A stretch of 63,121 nt of DNA, counting the filler, from Chiloscyllium plagiosum (Eukaryota): NCBI RefSeq assembly GCF_004010195.1. It is 3 parts of one record of this genome, joined end to end, with 100 filler letters (N's around TTAATTAATTAA, not from the genome) between each part and the next. Parts side by side here need not be neighbours in the genome. Positions count along the whole stretch, not along the records: positions 1 to 22,780 come from NC_057716.1; positions 22,881 to 48,084 come from NC_057716.1; 1 more part is not named here. One strand, 5' to 3'. The translations under genes were made by a program, and so were the position numbers. Positions within the stretch are counted from its first letter, which is position 1, and each line of letters begins with the position of its first letter. Positions 14,123 through 25,800 of the stretch are shown here, one piece after another. Below the pieces are notes generated by a model that was not told where the DNA came from, made no database searches, and saw only the letters and a program-made list of their open reading frames with translations.

Positions 14123-14389
14123 CTACACACAGCAGTGGAAGTAGCAATCATAACGAGAGTTGGTAATTTGTTTTTCAAAGGTGCAGCAAACATTCAACCA
14201 TCATTTGCCTTTACAACAGTCCTTTGCCCATTTCAACCCACAATCAAAACCAAAGAACAGCACAAAGATAAGGGTTTACAGTAGGTTGACATTACGAGGT
14301 CTGTCCAGTTTTATTCTTATTCAGCCTTCTGCTAGTGTTTTGATACAACTGAATGGCTTTCTGAAATAATCCTGACCTTTTACAGGAAA

Positions 14390-14632
14390 CCTAGGGTCAG
14401 ACAGGGTAAGTATGGCAGACTTCTGAATGGATGGAGTCAACTAGAAAGGATTTTACAATAAACCCATCCTCTTGTGGTCACCATAATCAATACTAACTTT
14501 TTATTCCAGATGTGTTTAATTGTCTAAATTGAAATTCCCCAGCTGTTATGGCAAGATCTGACCTCAGAATTCCAGATCAATATTTCAGGCTCTGAATTAC
14601 TAGTCCAGTAAATGTAACCAATATGCTACCAC
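14390..14632 (-). mobile_element. Old tRNA-headed SINE remnant
   Basis: Minus strand begins GGTAGCATATTGGTTACATTTACTGGACTAGTAATTCAGAG (A-box-like head) with a degenerate B box. Confidence 0.4.
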
Positions 14633-15614
14633 ATCAAGTAATCCTTGATGGAGCATGGCCAAAATCTGGAGATGTATAAATATCTTGAGAGATTGCTGCT
14701 ATTTTTTTCGATTCCTTTTCCTGTCATAGCCCGGTGCTTTCTCCACCACTCTGTCTGCAGCCAGATGACAAAGTGACCTCCATGAGACCAGTTCATTGTG
14801 GGGTTCTGATGTGAATGAATACCATTTTCAAAATAGTCATTTACTTTCTAAAGACGAGCGGTGATAGACTCCTAGCTTAAGTTTTCAATTTCAAGACGGT
14901 TTTGCTTTACTCCAGAAGTTTTCACACATGTAGTAGGGCAGAATAGATAGAGAAGTTTCCAAGTAACCAGGCTGATTATACCATTAATTACCTTGCGTGA
15001 TAAATCAGAGTTCAGGACAACTTGTTTATATCAGGAATTAATCAGTCTTTCAATTGTGTTTGTCAGTTCGACTATAATTGTATTTGAACATGTAGGCTGA
15101 TCTTCCAATTTCACATTCCATCACATTCTTTCAGCATGACAGAGAAACATAGCTCATGAACATTGAGTCTTGAGTGAACTTTTAAATGAGAACACAGTTG
15201 CACATGTTTTTGCATACTGATTTTTGTTTAGCTTCAAGTCAACTCTGTCTTGATATTCCAGAATGCACCACGTTTTTATTGATGTTTTCATTGACAACAC
15301 AATATTCTAACTTTTTCTGTATATATGGGAGGAACAGAGAGATCTGACTCATTGTTAAATCAAAGCATGAGGTTTTCTGCTCCATCATGGCACATGGTAC
15401 ATCATTAGTTAAAGCTAATTATTGATGTGGTAAAATTATTTCAACAATCTCACTTTCAGAATTTTGGAAAATTTGTTTGCCATACTCTTTTCCTTTTTAA
15501 AAATATCTATTGCAATTATGTATATTTTTTCAGAAACAATCCAAACTGCAAATGATATCCAAAAGGAAGTTTCACTGGCTTAGTTTCTAGTCAGGCCTCA
15601 ATAACATTATTGGA

Positions 15615-17392
15615 ATGCCAACTAGAGAGAGGGTAGAGCATCTTTAAAGATCAAAGAACCCATCTTTGTGTTGAACCCCAGGATAAGGGAGAGATACTAA
15701 ATGAATATTTTACGTCAGTTTTTACTGTGGAGAACAAAATGGCATCTACATAATGCAGAGAAATAAACTTTGATATTTTAAAAACAGTTTACATTACAGT
15801 AGGGGAGGTTCGAGAGGTCTTAGAGAATATAAAGGTTGATAAATCTCCAGGTCCTGATCTATTGTATCCCAGAACACTGTGGGAAGTAAGGGAGGGAATT
15901 GCAAGACTTCTTGCAGAAAAATTTGCATCATCTATAACTGTGGGTGAGATGCCTGATGACTGGAGTGTAGCTAACGTTGTATTTTTGTTTTAAAAAGGTT
16001 TGAAGGAGAAACCGGGGAACTATAGACCTGTGAGTCCAACTTTGGTTGTGGGTAAGTTGTTGGAGGTGATAGAAAAAATAGAATTTTTGGACATTTAACA
16101 AGGCAAGAATTGATTAAGGACAGTCAACATGGTTTTGTGCAAGGGAAATCATGTCTCACAAACTTAATTGATTTTTTTGAGGAAATTATCAAAAGTATTG
16201 ACGATGGCAGAGTAACAACCATTGTTTATCTGGGGGTTTTAGTAAAGCCTTCAACAAGGTTCCACATGGTAGACTAATTAGTAAAGTTAGGTCACATGGG
16301 ATTCAGGGTGAGCTTGCCAATTGGATACACGATTGGCTTAATGACAAGAGAAAGAAAGTAATGGTGGAGGGTTGCTTTTCGGACTGGAGGCCTCTGACCA
16401 ATGGTGTTCCACAGGGATTGGTTCTGGGTCCTCTTTTGTCATTTATATAAATGATTTGAATGAGAATAGAGAAGAACACGGTTAGTAACTTTGCAGATGG
16501 CACCAAAATTGGTGGCATAGAAGGCAGTGAAGAAGGTTTTGTAAGATTACAAAGGGATCTTGATCAAATAAGTCAATGGGCTGAAAAATAACAGATGGAG
16601 TTCCATCTGGATAAATGCTAGGTATTAAACCTTGGTACAACAAACAAGGGTAGGGCTTATACAACTAATGGTAGGGCTTTGGATAGTGTTGTAGAACAGA
16701 GGGATCTAGGGGTGCAGGTTCATTGTTCTTTGAAGTTTGCATCACATACAGGCAGGGTGGTTGAAAAGTCATTTGGCATGCTTGCCTTCATGGCTCAATC
16801 CTTAAAGGAATATGGGAAGTCATGTTGAGGTTGTACAGGATATTGGTGAGGCCCCTCCTGGAGTACTGTGCCCAGTTCTGTTTGCCCAGTTAAAGGAAGG
16901 ATATGAATAAGCTGGAGAGGGTTCAGAAGAAACTTACCCGGATGTTGCTGGGCACGGAAGGTTTGAGTTATAAAGATCGGCCAGATAGGCTGGGACCTTT
17001 TTCATTGGAGCATAAGAGGTTGAGAGGCAACGTTATACAAGTTTATGAAATAATGAGGGGTGTAGATAGAGTTAATGGTAGTTGTCTTTTCCCTAGGATG
17101 TGGGATTCCAAGATTAGGGGGAACGTTTTCAAGGTGAGAGGAGAGAGATTTAAAAAAGATATGAAGAGCAAATGTTTTACGCAGAGGGTGGTTTGTGTGT
17201 GGAATGAACTTACAGAGGAAGTGCTGGACTACAATGTTTAAAAGGTATTTGGATAGATACATGAATAGGGAAGGTTTGGAGGGATATGGGCCAGGAGCAG
17301 GCAGGTGGGACTAGTTTCGTTTGGGATTATGTTCGACATGGACTGGTTGGACCAAAAGGTCTGTTTCCATGCTGTTATGATGCTATGACTCT
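15615..17392 (+). mobile_element. ~1.8-kb 5'-truncated CR1/HER1-like LINE, decayed ORF2 RT
   Basis: Motifs KSPGPD, DWSVANV, KPGNYRPVS, QHGFVQGKSCLTNL, GVPQGLVLGP, FADGTKI, LERVQKK with frameshifts and stops; CR1 tail ATGACTCTA. Confidence 0.95.
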
Positions 17393-18221
17393 ATTATGGC
17401 TAATACTTAAATTCACAAATACAAGCAATTGCATATAAAATTAATTGATTCAAATTGTATCACAGTTAATAGTGTGTCCAATTATTATCATTGTGATCTT
17501 ATTTCATATGCGTATAATGGAATGCAGTGGAAAGAATGATTTTAATTGTTATGAAATGAGTATAGAATAAAGATGAATGATTGCCTAAGCACAGATTTCA
17601 TAATGGCTCATTATCCAATCCATCAATACGTTGTGTTTTGTTTGTTTGCAAATCGGACAAGTCATTGGTATCCTTCAATACATTAATGCTAGATCAAGTA
17701 GTCTGTGCTTGCAAAACTCCAAACACATGGCCACATTAGATGTGATTCTACAATTGAGCAGTACTTAGCAATTCTAGCATGCCAAGAACTACATGTACAA
17801 TTGATTTACAATTATCAATCAGGTACACACGCTTGCTAGAGTCTATATAAATTCATGGCAGAAACTGATCCTCTTGAGGCAAAAGGAAATTGTCCAGCTT
17901 TTATGCCTTTTCAACTAAAACTCTTGGGGAATACTTTTCCTTGGTGCACCCCTGATGGAATGCCTCAACTGATTACAGTCCACTTGCCAACTAGTCAGCA
18001 CCCTGCTTCTCATGCAGTAGAAATTGTTGTTCCCTTTACACGTTGGTATTCCTGCCTCTGTCCTGATGTGTACAAAATGAAAAGCTTAACAAGCATGTCT
18101 CGTTTGTTCAAGACACTGAATTGTCTATGGATTGATATGCTCAAATTCAAAGTTTGTGAGAAGATTTGTAGCTCGGGTGCTCGTTTTTGTGGTTCTGTTT
18201 GCCGAGCTGGGAATTTGTGTT

Positions 18222-18261
18222 GCAGACGTTTCGTCCCCTGTCTAGGTGACATCCTCAGTGC
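18222..18261 (-). ncRNA. Minimal type I hammerhead ribozyme motif (family B)
   Basis: GCA-CTGAGGA-T-GTC-A-CCT-AGAC-AGG-G-GAC-GAAA-CGTC-TGC: CUGANGA and GAAA boxes, stem II, GUC cleavage triplet, stem I GCA/TGC, self-complementary ACGT in place of a looped stem III. Confidence 0.75.
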
Positions 18262-18485
18262 TTGGGAGCCTCCTGTGAAGCGCTTCTGTGATCTTTCCTC
18301 CGGCATTTATAGTGGTTTGAATCTGCCGCTTCCGGTTGTCAGTTCCAGCTGTCTGCTGCAGTGGTCGGTATATTGGGTCCAGGTCCTGCAGCGGACAGCT
18401 GGAAATGACAACCGGAAGCGGCAGATTCAAACCACTATAAATGCCGGAGGAAAGATCACAGAAGCGCTTCACAGGAGGCTCCCAA

Positions 18486-18525
18486 GCACTGAGGATGACA
18501 CCTAGACAGGGGACGAAACGTCTGC
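18486..18525 (+). ncRNA. Minimal hammerhead motif (family B, second arm)
   Basis: GCACTGAGGATGACACCTAGACAGGGGACGAAACGTCTGC; one stem II substitution relative to the left-arm copy. Confidence 0.65.
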
Positions 18526-18807
18526 AACACCAATTCCCAGCTTGGCGAACAGAACCACAACATATGCTCAAATATTTGAAGTAGCTTTTCAGTTGACAAT
18601 CTGATTGAGAGACATGTGTACTACCATTGAGTGAGGAATGCTTAGCATGATTTTTAGTTTGAAAATCAAGTTTGAAATTGTGGGAATGACATCATGCTGA
18701 TCTAGGTGTTATTATGGAGGTAAAAGTGACTGCATTTGGAGAACAAATGAAACAACTTTGCATAATTAAACAAAATAACCTTCTAAAATGATTAACCTCC
18801 TATAGAA

Positions 18808-18990
18808 AGCACAGCAGTTCTTTGAAAAGAAGTCAGAGTTAACATTTCAGATTCAGTTCTGACAGAAGGTCACCAAATCTGAAACTTTAACTCTGATTTC
18901 TCTTCACAGATGCTGCCAGACCTGCTGAGCTTTTCCAGCAACCTCTGTTTTTGATTATGATTTGCAGCATCTGCAGTTCTTTCCATTTTT
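18808..18990 (+). mobile_element. Older fold-back PLE-terminus element with decayed HHR
   Basis: AGAGTTAACATTTCAGATT...AATCTGAAACTTTAACTCT inverted repeat; CTGACAGA...GAAA; tail GATGCTGCCAGACCTGCTGAGCTTTTCCAGCA...CAGCATCTGCAGT related to family A. Confidence 0.65.
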
Positions 18991-19359
18991 AACCTATAGA
19001 AGACTTTATGCTGAATGGATTGAATCATTGTCACGTGTATTCAATATAAAATACAACAAAAAGTGTGTACCATTTAGAGGCGCCATTCTCATTAACTTAA
19101 AATAAAATAAAAAGTAAAGATAACTTAAAAAGAGTTCTACTTTTCCTTCTCTGCCGCCACAGAGCCACTCCGAGCTTCACCAACCCATGCCTACAGTCAC
19201 AATTTTAAAAAATAATAGCTAAACTATAAGAATAATACATGATTGGAAAATAAACCACCAGCTGCAATTTGCCAAGAATAAGCAACTGATACATATTAGA
19301 TTCACGGTAACCTCTTGTGCTTTTTTTTTGTGTATGAACCTGAGTCTTAAATTACATTG

Positions 19360-20125
19360 CAGAACATAGTTTTAACTTAAATAGGAGTTGAAAAAAGTGC
19401 TGCTGGAAAAGCACAGCGGGTCAGGCCATTCCTGAAGGGCTTACGCCCGAAACATCAACATTCCTGCTCCTCGGAAGCTGCCTGACCTGCTGTAAGTTTC
19501 CAGTGCTACACTTTCGACTCTGACTCTCCAGCATCTGGAGTCCTCACTTTCTCTCATAGGAACCTAAGAGCCCATCAAGACTGTTCTGTCATTCAATGCA
19601 ATCAGTAGCTTTGAAGGGTTTTGCTACACCATCCCCATTTCCCTTTATGGCATTAGTATTTAGGAATTTACTTTAAACACACTCAATAAGTGAGGATTTA
19701 CAGCCCTCGGGGGTAGAGAATTCCAAAGATTGACAACCATCTGAATAAAAACATTTCTCATCGTCTTGGTCTGAAGTGGCTTTCCCTTATTTTTGAATTA
19801 TGTCCTGCAGTTCTAGACTCCCTAACGAGGGGGAACAGCTTGCCCTGTTTATCCCCTTAAATATTTTGTAAGTTTCAATGAGAATACGTCTCATTTTTTT
19901 TTCCTTTCTTTTTCCCTTTAATTCTGTATTTTGTATCTAAACTCTGTACCTAGGTACTTTGTACCTAAGATGGTGCCATATGAGGTGACATTATACATTG
20001 TTCACTGTACTCTAATTCTAATTCTAATTCATATCCATGTGGCAGTAATATCCTGTTTAAGGAAGGGAACCAAAGTTACACACAGGAGACCAGATGCAGT
20101 TTAAGCAAGGTTCTATACAATGCAA
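19360..20125 (-). mobile_element. Decayed CR1 3' fragment carrying two nested insertions
   Basis: GGGGTAGAGAATTCCAAAGATT, TTCTAGACTCCC, TAAATATTTTGTAAGTTTCAATGAGA motifs; an unrelated LINE-tail-like insert lies at ~19895-20050. Confidence 0.65.
19387..19555 (+). mobile_element. Family A HHR element with short 5' inverted arm, inserted in a CR1 tail
   Basis: GCTGGAAAAGCACAGCGGGTCAGGC is inverted against GCCTGACCTGCTGTAAGTTTCCAG; HHR core has a deletion (CTGAAGGGC...GAAACATC); ATAGGA flanks both ends. Confidence 0.7.
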
Positions 20126-20660
20126 ATCACCATCAATAATTGCTTGTTTTGTTTGTGTTTCATGTTATATGGTGTGATGATTTTGTATATCCTTTTTTAT
20201 TACTGGAGAACATGCATTTTCTAGTTGGAGTTGGTGACTGAACAGAAAATCTGGAACAAATGCAATATAAAAGTAGTTGGAGATAAAGTGAGAAAACCTG
20301 TCTAACAGTGAAGAGCAGTTTATGAGGGGAATAAAAGGATGAACAGAGCAGAGGTACAGAACCTCATGAAAATTGCCAATTTAATGTAAGTAAACAGTGA
20401 GTTGCAGAAAGGCTATGGGATTGAAGGGGTAGGTTAGCATATGAAAGTGATGGAAGAGAACTTTCATAGGAGCCTACAAATCTCTTAAAGCACAACATGA
20501 GTACTGTGAAAATAATCTAGAGAGACAAATATTTATTTCTTGGAGCATATGTATTAAATATAGATATATTAATAAATTGTTGTAGATTCATTATGTTTCA
20601 ATAAAAGCATCACAGTTCTCAGGTTATGAATCAATGAGGTCTTGTTATGAATCAATCAGG

Positions 20661-20750
20661 TTCCTGAAGAAGGGCTAATGCCCGAAACGTCGATTCTCCT
20701 GTTCCCTAGATGCTGCCTGACCTGGTGCGCTTTTCCAGCAACACATTTCC
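20661..20750 (+). mobile_element. Family A HHR mini-element
   Basis: TTC-CTGAAGA-A-GGGC-TAAT-GCCC-GAAA-CGTC-GATTC...; flanked by repeats of TATGAATCAAT(G/C)AGGT. Confidence 0.8.
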
Positions 20751-21828
20751 ATCTATGAATCAATGAGGTCGTGTTGGCCAAATAAGCAATGGTGAATAAT
20801 AATATTAGAACTGTATCAATGTTTACACTCAACGCTCAAATTATAGAAACATGGAAAACCAAGATCAAAGATTGCATCATTCTTTTGTTTTGATCTCACA
20901 GATATCCCCAAATATTTTACCTTTGTATTCCTTTAACTGGAAACTTTAAACATAACATGTATAAACAGCATTTTCTTTGCTTAAAAATAAATGTGAAAAG
21001 TTTCCACCATCATTACCTAAGAACACATTCTATCATTTGAAAGTGTTGTAATTAAGTGAATCATGTAATTACGTGATGGTTGTAGCCAGTGACAGAGAGC
21101 CCCAACGTTGGGCTTTTTTGCATTTCTTTGTGCATTTGGATTGCTTCAAAACAACAGCCTGCCTTATCAGCTGTTACATATGAAGTGATATTCTGTCCTC
21201 AGGCTAGAATACTGAAGCAGGTTATGGTGCAGGCACATATCACAGATATAGTTACTCACTCAACTTTGTAGGACCTCACACCAGCTCTAACTAGAAGCAC
21301 AGGTGATTCATCTTCAACTAAAATCAAGTGACAGCAATTGAAAATTAATCATTTCTGGAGAAACGGGCTTATTGCAAAAATGATGTACTTACAAGAAGAG
21401 TTATGCTGAGAAGTAGGGGAATACTCCAATAACAGTGCATGTGGAGACTTTTAGAGTTTTCTACTCATTCAGCACTAACAGTCATTGGATTTAAGTAGAC
21501 AGACAGGGAAATAAAGACTAAACAAGCTGGTACTCTATCACAGAGAGGACTGGGAGTGTCTTAACAGCTGGTTTTACAAGGGGAGATGTTGAGATGATGA
21601 GATTTTAGATAATCCTTGAAAGCAGTTACTGGATTCTTGATGACACGTCAGCAACTAGGGATCCAAAATCAAAACTTTACAGCATCACTTTAAAGGAGAG
21701 GTGCAATGGACCTGCAGCAAGAGCGAGGAGTCCTTTCAGAATTGAATCTAAAGTGGGAAAGACCAAAGAATGGTTTTCAGGGTTTCCAACATTGCACTGG
21801 AGACTTTGGTGGGGTGGTGAAAAGGAGA

Positions 21829-22127
21829 AGATTAGATTCCCCACAGTATAGAAACAGGCCCTTAACCCAACAAGTCCACACTGACGTTCTGAAGAGTGAC
21901 CCACCCAGACCCATTCCCCTACCCTATATTTACCCCCAACTAATGCACCTAACACTATGGGCAACTTAACATGACCAATTAACCTGACCTGCACTTCTTT
22001 GGACTGTGGGAGGAAACCCACGCAGACACGGGGAGAATGTGCAAACTTCACACAGACAGTCTCCCAAGGCAGGAATTGAACGCGGGTCGCTGGAAGGCAG
22101 CAGTGCTAATCACTGTGCCAACATGTC
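21829..22127 (-). mobile_element. HE1-like V-SINE
   Basis: tRNA-like head, V-domain remnant TTTGCACATTCTCCCCGTGTCTGCGTGGGTTTCC, CR1-like tail and AATCT repeats. Confidence 0.9.
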
Positions 22128-22475
22128 ATCTACAAGTGCTGACCCATAGGTCCCCAGTTAATCCCCAAACACAGTGACCAGATAGTGAAAGCTGATAGTT
22201 ATGGAACTCAATGCCAGGACTCTAGTCCCAAGGATCTGATGACATTGCCATAAGAAACATGATGACCTCACACGAGTAGCTAAGTGAATGCATCCTGAAA
22301 TACCATATTCTACCAACACCACCACTGTTCATCATTCCACATCACTAATCAACCAGCAGTGTCTACCTGACTAATTCTGATACCTAACAGACATGTGCTT
22401 CACCTCACCCTCTTATGATACAAGCTTTGCTCTCACATCTCACAGGCTAACTATTCAAACATAATAGCTAATTCA

Positions 22476-22780
22476 AGGTGATAGATCAAGGAGGAGAGGG
22501 TGGAATGGATAGGTGGAAAAGGAGATAGGCAGGTAGGACAAGTCCAGACAAGTCATGGGGACAGTGCTGAGCTGGAAGTTTGGAACTAGGGTGAGGTGGG
22601 GGAAGGGGAAATGAGGAAACTATTGAAGTCCAAATTGATGCCCTGGGGTTGAAGTGTTCCGAGGTGGAAGATGAGGCGTTCTTCCTCCAGGCGTCTGGTG
22701 GTGAGGGAGCGGCGGTGAAGGAGGCCCAGCACCTCCATATCCTCGGCAGAGTGGGAGGGGGAGTTGAAATGTTGAGCCAC
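22476..22780 (-). mobile_element. Penelope-like element fragment: GIY-YIG endonuclease C-terminus and 3' UTR
   Basis: AQHFNSPSHS...RRLEEERLIFHLGTLQPQGINLDF is typical of the PLE endonuclease end; cut by the linker gap. Confidence 0.85.
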
Positions 22781-22880
22781 NNNNNNNNNNNNNNNNNNNN
22801 NNNNNNNNNNNNNNNNNNNNNNNNTTAATTAATTAANNNNNNNNNNNNNNNNNNNNNNNNNNNNNNNNNNNNNNNNNNNN
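22781..22880. other. Artificial contig-joining spacer
   Basis: Exactly 44 N + TTAATTAATTAA (stops in all six frames) + 44 N = 100 bp; identical structure at 48085-48184. Confidence 0.9.
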
Positions 22881-25800
22881 AGACACACATCACCGATCAC
22901 AGACACACATCACCGATCACAGTCACACATCACCGATCACAGACATACATCATCGATCACAGACACCCATCACTGATCACAGACACACATCACCGACTAC
23001 TGTCACACATCATCAATCACTGACAGATCATCGTTCACAGACACATCATTGATCACAGACACACATCACCAGTCACAGACACACATCACCGATCACAGAC
23101 ACACATTATTGATCACAGACGCATCCTCGATCATAGATACATCATCGATAACAGACACATCATCAATCACAGACACATCACCGATCACAGATACACATCA
23201 TCGATCACAGACACATCACCGATCACAGATACACATCATTGATCACAGACACATCATCGATTACAGACACATCACCGATCATTGACACATCATCGAACAT
23301 AGACACACATAATTGAGCATTGACACACATCACCGATACATCACCGATCATTGACACATCATCGATCATTGACACACATAATTGATCATTGACACATCAC
23401 CGATCACCGATACATCATCGATCACTTGACACACATCACTGATCACAGACACACATCATCAATCACTGACACATATCACCGATCACAGACATATCATCAA
23501 TCACAGGCACATCATCGACCACAGAAACACATCATTGATCACAGACACCCATCATCAATCACAGACACAAATCATCCATCACAGGCACATCACCATCGAT
23601 CACAGACACATCACCGATCACAGACACACATCATCGATCACAGACGCATCATTGATCACAGACACATCATCATCGATCACAGATACATCATCGATCATAG
23701 ACACATCATCAATCACAGATACACATCATTGATCACAGACACATCATTGATCACAGATACACATCATCAATCACTGACACACAATATTGATCAAAAACAC
23801 ATATCACCGATCACAGAAACAAATCAACAATCATAGACATATCATCGATCATTGACATACATCATTGATCACACACACATCATCAATCACAGATACATCA
23901 ATGAACACAGAAACACATCATCAATCACAGACACATCACCGATCACAGATACATCTTCGATTACAGACACACATCATCAATCACAGATACATCATCGATC
24001 ATAGACACCTAATCATCAATCACTGACACACATCATTGATCATTGACACATCACTGATCACTGACAAACATCATCGATTACAGACCCATCATCGTTCACA
24101 GACACACATCATTGATCACAGATAACATCGCTCCCAGACACACATCATCGATCACAGACGCACCATTGATCACAGATGAATACCCGATCACTGACACATA
24201 TCATCGATCACAGACACATCATCAATCACTGACGCACATCATTGATCACTGACATGTCACTGATCACAGATGCATCATTGATCACAGACGCATCCCTGAT
24301 CACAGACACACATCATCAATCTCAGACACATCATCACTGATCACAGACACAAAGCACTGATCACAGACACATATCGATCACTGACACATCACCGATCACA
24401 GACATACATCAATGATTACTGACACACATCATTGATCACAGACACATCATTGATCATTGACACACATAATTGATCACAGACACATCAACAATCACATACA
24501 CATCAGCGATTACCGACACATTACCAATCATTGACAAATCATCGATCATAGACGCATATCATTGATCATTGACACATCACCGATCACTGATACATCATCG
24601 ATCACTTGACACACATCACCAATCACAGACACATCATCAATCACAGACACATCATCGACCACAGACATACATCATTGACCACAGACACACATCGTTGATC
24701 ACAGACATACATCATTGACCACAGAAACACATCATCGATCACAGACATACATCACCAATCACAGACACTTCATCAATCACTTGAATCACATCATTGATCA
24801 TTGACACACATCATTGATCGCAGACATTTCATTGATCATTGACACATCACCGATCACAGACACAACATCGATCACAGATACACATCATCAATCACAGACA
24901 CAAATCATCGATCATAGGCACATCACCATCGATCACAGACATATCACTGATCACAGGCACATCATCGATGACTGACACATCATTGATTACTGACACACAT
25001 CATTGATCACAGACACATAATCGATCATTGACACACATCATTGATCATTGACACATCACTGATCACAGACACACATCATCGATCACAGACACACATCACC
25101 AATCACAGACACATCACCGATCACAGACACACATCACCAATCACAGACACACATCATTGATCATTGACAGATCATCGTTCACAGACACATCATCGATCAT
25201 AGATGCATCACTGATCACAGACACATGCCACAGATCACAGACACACATCACCGATTACTGACACACATCACCGATCACAGATACATCACCGATCACAGAC
25301 ATATCACCGATCACAGACACACATCATTGATCACAGACACATGTCATCGATCACGCACACACATCACCAACCATAGACACATCACCAATCACAGACATAC
25401 ATCATTGATCACAGACACATCATCATCGATCACAGACACATATCATTGATCACTGACACATCATCGATCACAGACACGCATCACCGATCACAGACACATC
25501 ATCGATCACTGACACATCATCGATCACTGACACATCCCCGATCACTGACACATATCATCGATCACAGACACATCATCAATCACTGATGCACATCATCGAT
25601 CACAGACACATCATCAATCACTGACATGTCACTCATCACAGATGCATCATTGATCACAGACACATCCCGATCACAGACACACATCATCAATCTCAGACAC
25701 ATCATCACCAATCACAGACACATCACTGATCACAGACATATATCAACGTTTACTGACACAGATAATTGATCACAGACACACCATATATCATTGACACATC

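Larger units (their letters stand above)
18147..18561. mobile_element. Fold-back (inverted pLTR) Penelope-like element, family B, with 12-bp TSD
   Basis: Arms 18187-18361 and 18386-18560 are near-perfect reverse complements around a 24-nt spacer. TSD ATATGCTCAAAT at 18135-18146 and 18562-18573. Arm sequence matches the 3' end of the RT-bearing PLE at 35113. Confidence 0.9.

Noticed and set aside
17855..18505. 216-aa ORF
   Set aside because: It runs from unique DNA through the palindromic PLE termini, has no domain signature, and mirror ORFs occur on the opposite strand.
21098..21119. Hairpin plus T-run resembling an intrinsic terminator (AGCCCCAACGTTGGGCTTTTTT)
   Set aside because: Eukaryotic context, no upstream gene, and short enough to occur by chance.
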